64,000 nt of DNA from the human T2T-CHM13v2.0 reference genome, Homo sapiens: NCBI RefSeq assembly GCF_009914755.1, contig NC_060947.1, one strand, 5' to 3'. Shown here piece by piece: positions 60,546 through 64,000 of the stretch (positions within the stretch are counted from its first letter, which is position 1; the number at the start of each line of letters is the position of its first letter). Below the pieces are notes generated by a model that was given only the letters and a program-made list of their open reading frames with translations, did not search any database and had not been told where the DNA came from. The translations under genes were made by a program, and so were the position numbers.

Positions 60546-60629
60546 GAAAAGAAAGCCATATCTCAACATATCATTTGTAATATAACGCAGGAAAATAATT
60601 CAGGAAATAAGCTTTTCAAAACACGGAAC

Positions 60630-61135
60630 TGACACACCCACTCACTCACCCCAGTCGCCCATCATTCCTCACCCCGCAGACTCTCTATTAGTGACCCCAT
60701 AGATAGACACAACTTGGCTTTCCCCTGCCCCTATACCTGAGCGAAGTCGTCATTCCTGACACAAGCCAGTGTCTAGGTGATTCGCTGTCCAAAGACCCCT
60801 TCTGCCTTACATCTGGCCCCGTCTCTCACTCCTGGCTTATATAATTGCTGCCTTTCGCATCCTCCTTAGCAGCTGTGAAGTCTCAGTTTGTCCACAGCCA
60901 ATATGGCCTTGGTGGCCTTGAGGGTCTTGCTCCTTCGGGTGCTTGGGGGCTGTCCGTCTGTCCGCAGTGACGCCTCCCAAGGCGCAGCTTCTCCAGCAAG
61001 TGGGGCTCAGGTGTGGGGGCAGTGCAGGTGGCAGCCAGGGGTGGGGTGAGGTGGGGTTGGGCGTGGAGTTGGGCATGGAGTTGGGTAGACAGAGGTTGGA
61101 GTGTTGGAACTGTGTCTCACAATGTGACGTCTGGA
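60630..61135 (-). other. Unique GC-rich segment, possible first exon (CRE-like motif, 5' splice donor)
   Basis: TGACGTC at ~61124; minus-strand CAG|GTATAG at 60736; G-rich 12-mer repeats. Confidence 0.3.
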
Positions 61136-61327
61136 GAACTCAAAGACATAAAACTCTAAAAACACATAAAGTCAATTATAGAGATATAAAAAGTCTATAC
61201 ACATACGTGATATATGTTGGATTTTAAGATCATTTTCATAAAAATTATTGAAACTTGTAACAGTTACAAGCCAGTTCGTTATACTTTTTATTACCTTTGG
61301 TTCATGTGCTTTAAGTTTCCATAATAA

Positions 61328-61746
<419 letters not shown>

Positions 61747-62879
61747 TGAACCACTGCGCCCAGCCCTATTTTTGTATTTTTAGTAGAGACGGAGTTTCAC
61801 CATGTTGGTCAGGCTGGTCTCGAACTCCTGGCCCTCAGGTGATCCACCTGCCTCAGCCTCCCAAAGTGCTGAGATTACAGGCGTGAGCCACTGCGCCTGG
61901 CCCTTCTTATTTACTTTTGAGATAGGGTCCCATTGTGTCACCCAGGCTGGAGTGTAGTGGCGCAATTTCCGCTCATTACAGCGTTCACCTCCCCAGCTCA
62001 AGCAATCCTCCCACCTCAGCCTCCTGAGTACCAGCTCAACTAGTTTTTGTATTTTTTGTAGAGACAGGGTTCTCCCTATATTGTCCAGGCTGGTCTGGAA
62101 CTCCTGGGCTCAAGCAACCTGCCCACCTCAGCCTCCCAAAGTGGTGGGATTACAAGTATGAACCACTGCCTGGTTACATGTAGTATTGACCTTATATCCT
62201 TCTGCATCTGTGATTGCATTTCCTTATATATATGTATGTGTAGTGTGTGTGTGTGTGTGTATGTGGTGTGTGTGTGTATCCTACTCATGTATTGCTGTAT
62301 AACAGATTACCCCTCACCATGTTGGCAGAGGGTGTGCTTCTGTTGTACCAAATGGAAACCACCTGAGATGGCACCCATCACCTAGAAGCCACCCACCGAC
62401 AAAGCCACGCTAACACTGAGGTACCAGAAATAAGGAAAGTCCTTATGACTCTGAGAGACCTGAAGGGGGTTTGTGGGGTGAGTGGTGGGGTCTGTTTGGT
62501 AAGTAATGATATAGTCTATGAATACAATGATGGGGAAGTCTGTGGCCTGAGTGCTGGGGGTTCTGGCATCCTGTAGGCTGAGTGATGGACTCTGTGGGGT
62601 TAGGTATGCAGCGTTGGGGCAGTGAGTGACAGGAGTGGCTCCATCATGGCTTACTGCATCCTTGACCTCCTGGGCTCAAGCAATCCTCCCACCTCAGCCT
62701 CCTGAGTAGCTGGGACCACAGGCACGTGCCACGATGCCTGGCTAATTTTTTAGTTTTTTTGTAGAGGCGGGGTTTCACGTGCTGCCCAGGCTGGTCTTGA
62801 ACTCCTGGGCTCAAGTGATCTGCCTGCTTCAACCTCCCAAAGTGCTGGGATTACAGGCATGACCCACCTCGCCTGGCCA

Positions 62880-63635
62880 ATTTTCATTTCTCTAGGATAA
62901 ATGCCCAAGAATGCAACTGCTACATTGTATGTTTAATTTTATAAGAAACTTACCAAACCATTTTCCAGGGCGGTTGTACCTTTCTGCATTAGCACTAGCA
63001 ATCTAAGAATGATCAAGTTTCTCCATATCCTAGACACCATTTGGTGTCACTATATTTTATTTCAGGTGCTCCAGTATATGTATACTGATATCTCATTGTA
63101 GTCAAAATTTGTATTTCACTAATGGCCAGTGATGTTGAACATCTTTTCATGTACTTATTTGCCACCTGTATACCCTCTTTAGTGAAATATCTCTTCATGT
63201 CTTTTGGCCATTTTCCAATTGGATTATTTGTTTTTATCCGACTGAGTTTTGAGAGTTCCTTAAATATTCTGGAAAGTGGTCCTTTGTGAGATATATAGTT
63301 TGCCAATACAGTTTGTTCAGGTAAATGATAGGCATTTTAAAATTTGTATGTCTATATCTGTGATTAGATCTATGCAATATATCTCACAAAGTATATATCT
63401 CAAAACACGTTTATGAGCCTAATGGGTTTTATAGCATTATTTCCTTATTATCTTTGTAATGGCTTTGTAAGATGTATAGTTTGCCAATATTTTCTCCCGG
63501 TCTGTAACTTGTCTTTTCACCTTCCATCTTCACATGAGATTTTATAGAATAAAAGTTTTACATTTTTGATGAGGGACAGTTGATCAAGTTTTCCTTTAAT
63601 AGATCATGCTTTTGGTGTCAAGTTTAAGAACTCTG
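62880..63635 (-). mobile_element. L1M ORF2 3' fragment containing a templated insertion
   Basis: Minus [20 protein letters not shown]...[17 protein letters not shown]...MKRCSTSL is the L1 ORF2 C-terminus. Confidence 0.88.
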
Positions 63636-63714
63636 GGCCGGGCGCAGTGGCTCATGCCTGTAATCCCAGCACTTTGGGAAGCTGAGGCGGGTGGATCATG
63701 AGGTCAAGAGATCA

Positions 63715-63999
<285 letters not shown>

Positions 64000-64000
64000 G

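Overview
Primate (human-like) genomic DNA. By eye it holds about 100 Alu copies or fragments, plus L1, L2, MIR, MaLR, MER and ERV remnants. I can support no intact cellular protein-coding gene, and almost all ORF-track entries are Alu- or repeat-derived artefacts. Main structures: (1) a full-length but inactivated HERV-F-type (PBS-Phe, LTR19/HERVFH19-like) provirus on the minus strand, 8963-17747, with gag-pro-pol-env, two LTRs and a GCCTC target duplication inside an AluJ. (2) A much older class III (ERVL-like) provirus, 6792-38614 minus, reconstructed from paired LTRs, PBS-Lys, and pol, integrase and env-TM remnants. It has been inflated to about 32 kb by nested insertions, including the HERV-F. 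(3) A ~690-bp unique segment duplicated about 50 kb apart (224-1283 vs 50805-51492), one copy carrying two Alus and a micro-inversion. (4) A CpG-retaining promoter-like region with a palindromic pair of YY1 motifs (45103-45151) next to an unidentified coding-like ORF. (5) A U13 snoRNA retrocopy. I see no evidence for a new biological system as such. The notable signals are genome-archaeological and possibly regulatory. Repeat subfamily names are recalled from memory and need RepeatMasker/Dfam confirmation.
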